A stretch of DNA of 63,379 bases, the filler included, from Hyphochytrium catenoides (lineage: Eukaryota > Protista > Hyphochytriomycota): the NCBI GenBank assembly GCA_900088475.1. It is 9 parts of 9 records of this genome, joined end to end, with 100 filler letters (N's around TTAATTAATTAA, not from the genome) between each part and the next. Parts side by side here need not be neighbours in the genome. Positions count along the whole stretch, not along the records: positions 43,677 to 63,379 come from FLMG01001298.1; 8 more parts are not named here. One strand, 5' to 3'. The notes beneath the pieces were generated by a model. The model worked only from the letters and a program-made list of their open reading frames with translations. It was not told where the DNA came from and made no database searches. A program made the translations under genes and the position numbers. Every line of letters begins with the position of its first letter. Positions within the stretch are counted from its first letter, which is position 1. Shown one piece after another: positions 61,639 through 63,379 of this stretch.

Positions 61639-63379
61639 CTAGGCGGGATTGATCCTTGCTTCTTTTGCCACAACCTTCGTGACAAGCGACCCTCCAGTGC
61701 TCACCGGCCGCGCCGTAGGAGCCGGTAGCTGGAGAGATAGGGCACTCGGACTTCTTCTTGCAGTTGCTGCTCCTCCTCCCCCGGCCCCAGGCCCAGCCGA
61801 TGTAGAAGACGAGGAAGAGGGCGACCGGGTTCTCCCCAAGAAGATTGTTCCTCCCTCCGACTTGATGAGAAAGCGGTTAAACGGGTCTAACATCATCTTA
61901 TACACCTCTTCCTCGCTTGGCTGGAACATCGACGTGTCAGGAAACCTTCCATCAGCGCACTGTGGACTCTTACACGCCTGCTCTACGGCCTGGAGAACCT
62001 TCTTCCGCGTGCTGTAGCTGATATTTACTTCGTAGACGGAGCGCTCCTCAATGAAGAGAGAACAGAGAGAACGAATGGCCTCCACACCTCTTGTTGTCGT
62101 CGCCTGGTTGTTCCTGATCTCTTCTAGCCTTTCTAAGAAGAGAATGTTCTCCACGCAATACTCTAGAGCCAGGTAGTGCTTGAAGTTCTCTCGGATGTCG
62201 AAATCCCTCTCTTGTTCAGCGTCAGAAGGAAGAAGTGCCAGTGAGTTGGGAGAAGACAAAGCAGCTCTTAGTTCCTGGCAATTGTGCACTTTCTTCACTC
62301 CGCTCCCGGTCACGTCCTTTGACCTTCCAGAAGAGGCTCCTCCAAGGTTGGCGGAGCGGTTAGTACTGCGAGAGGAAGAACTCGTTTTGCCCTAGTATCC
62401 GGTTGACGATAAGAAGGATTAGGGAATGAAGGGAAATGAAAGGAGAGAAGAGGGACGAGAAGAAAGAACAGAGCGCACAGGCCAAGGGATTGAAGAAGGA
62501 ACGGAAGATTCACCAGCGGCATTGAAGAAGAGGGCGAGGATTAAGCTAGAGCTTACCTTTGTCTGCTTCGCTGCTTTTACGAGCTGATAGATCCAGACAT
62601 AGAGATAAGTGCCGGAGAAAGAGACAGCCCAGATGAGCTGACAGGCCCAAGTCATATTGTTGAAGATATCTGCATCTCTCCCGGGCGTAGCGCCGCTCCA
62701 GAACTGCTTAAGCCAGTAAGGGAACTCCAAGAAGAGATAGAATCGTGCATTGAGCTTTCCTACGCGAGTCTGCAGGGCGCGGAACGGAAAAGCTTCTTTG
62801 ACGTCTTTCACCAGGAAAGCCATACGTTTCTGCAAGTGCACGACAAGCATTCCGCACACCACCTTGAAGACAAACTACATTCGGGAAAAAGAAAGAGAGA
62901 GAAGAGAGCAGTTGGGCAAGTGTTAGGGAGGAGGAGATACGGGAACAGCAGTGATGCTCCGTGGATTGCTTGCATACAGAGCGAAGACAATATGTGGAGG
63001 AAGACGGACACAAGGGAAGGATAATCGTTGCCATAGAGAGAACAGAGAATAGAGAGAACGTAACGAGAGAGTTAGAAGGAAGAGGTATCGCTTCATACAG
63101 AAGAGGCTTGCAAACATCATGCTATCGACTACTCAGCGGCGTGAAGAGCGACGCAGGCTGATAATAAGATGTAAGAACCAAGAGAGAAACTAAGAGAAGA
63201 GAAGAGGAGACCGCCGTGTCCAAGTAGAAGAAGGAGACCAAAAGCCGAGGATACTAAGACAGAAGAACAAGGGGGAGATGATCCCTCAAGAACAAATGGT
63301 CAAAGTGGTGGAACCACTTGGGCATGATCAGTAAGGAAGTAGATAGCGCCAGGTCTGTCTCCACATCGCAGCCTTCTAC
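61639..63379 (-). CDS. Membrane-anchored RGS domain protein (7TM-RGS-like), 3' part
   Basis: RGS box ENFKHYLALEYCVENILFLE...FIEERSVYEVNISYSTRKKV...EEEVYKMMLDPFNRF. It is spliced in frame (AAG|gtaagc...tag|GGC) to a hydrophobic exon 62557-62862 containing WACQLIWAVSFSGTYLYVWIYQLV. Confidence 0.82.

Noticed and set aside
63245-63256. GTATCCTC on the minus strand in the RGS gene as a U12 GT-AG donor
   Set aside because: The consensus match is imperfect, the phase is incompatible with the downstream acceptors, and the nearest CCCTAAC is too far from the 3' splice site.

Overview
This is eukaryotic, intron-rich nuclear DNA in the standard genetic code, with about 50% GC and abundant (AG/CT)n microsatellites. 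The gene content suggests a stramenopile-like protist, but that is an inference. The window is not contiguous: eight artificial 100-bp spacers (44 N + TTAATTAATTAA + 44 N) join nine scaffolds, so neighbourhoods across spacers mean nothing. Genes reconstructed by hand-splicing are: ClpX (3' part), an ERI1-family exoribonuclease, ZNHIT1/SWC6, a two-repeat MYB/SANT protein, an intronless SGNH/SASA esterase, DusA-type dihydrouridine synthase, a kinesin (5' part), a bacterial-like SDR (5' part), a Rim2/SLC25A33/36-like carrier (3' part), mitochondrial NFS1, a ~12-kb WW/IQ-LRR-TPR-coiled-coil gene, and a membrane-anchored RGS protein (3' part). Mobile DNA comprises a rearranged CRE-like non-LTR element, the 5' end of a Ty3/gypsy element (LTR, PBS, gag, start of protease), a Helitron-like element with 23-aa STPR-like repeats, and an internally deleted PIF/Harbinger element. 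The strongest unexpected signal is a minor-spliceosome (U12-type) AT-AC intron splitting the ZNHIT1 zinc finger. The most unusual protein is the WW/IQ-LRR-TPR fusion. No database search was possible, so every family assignment is motif recognition by eye.
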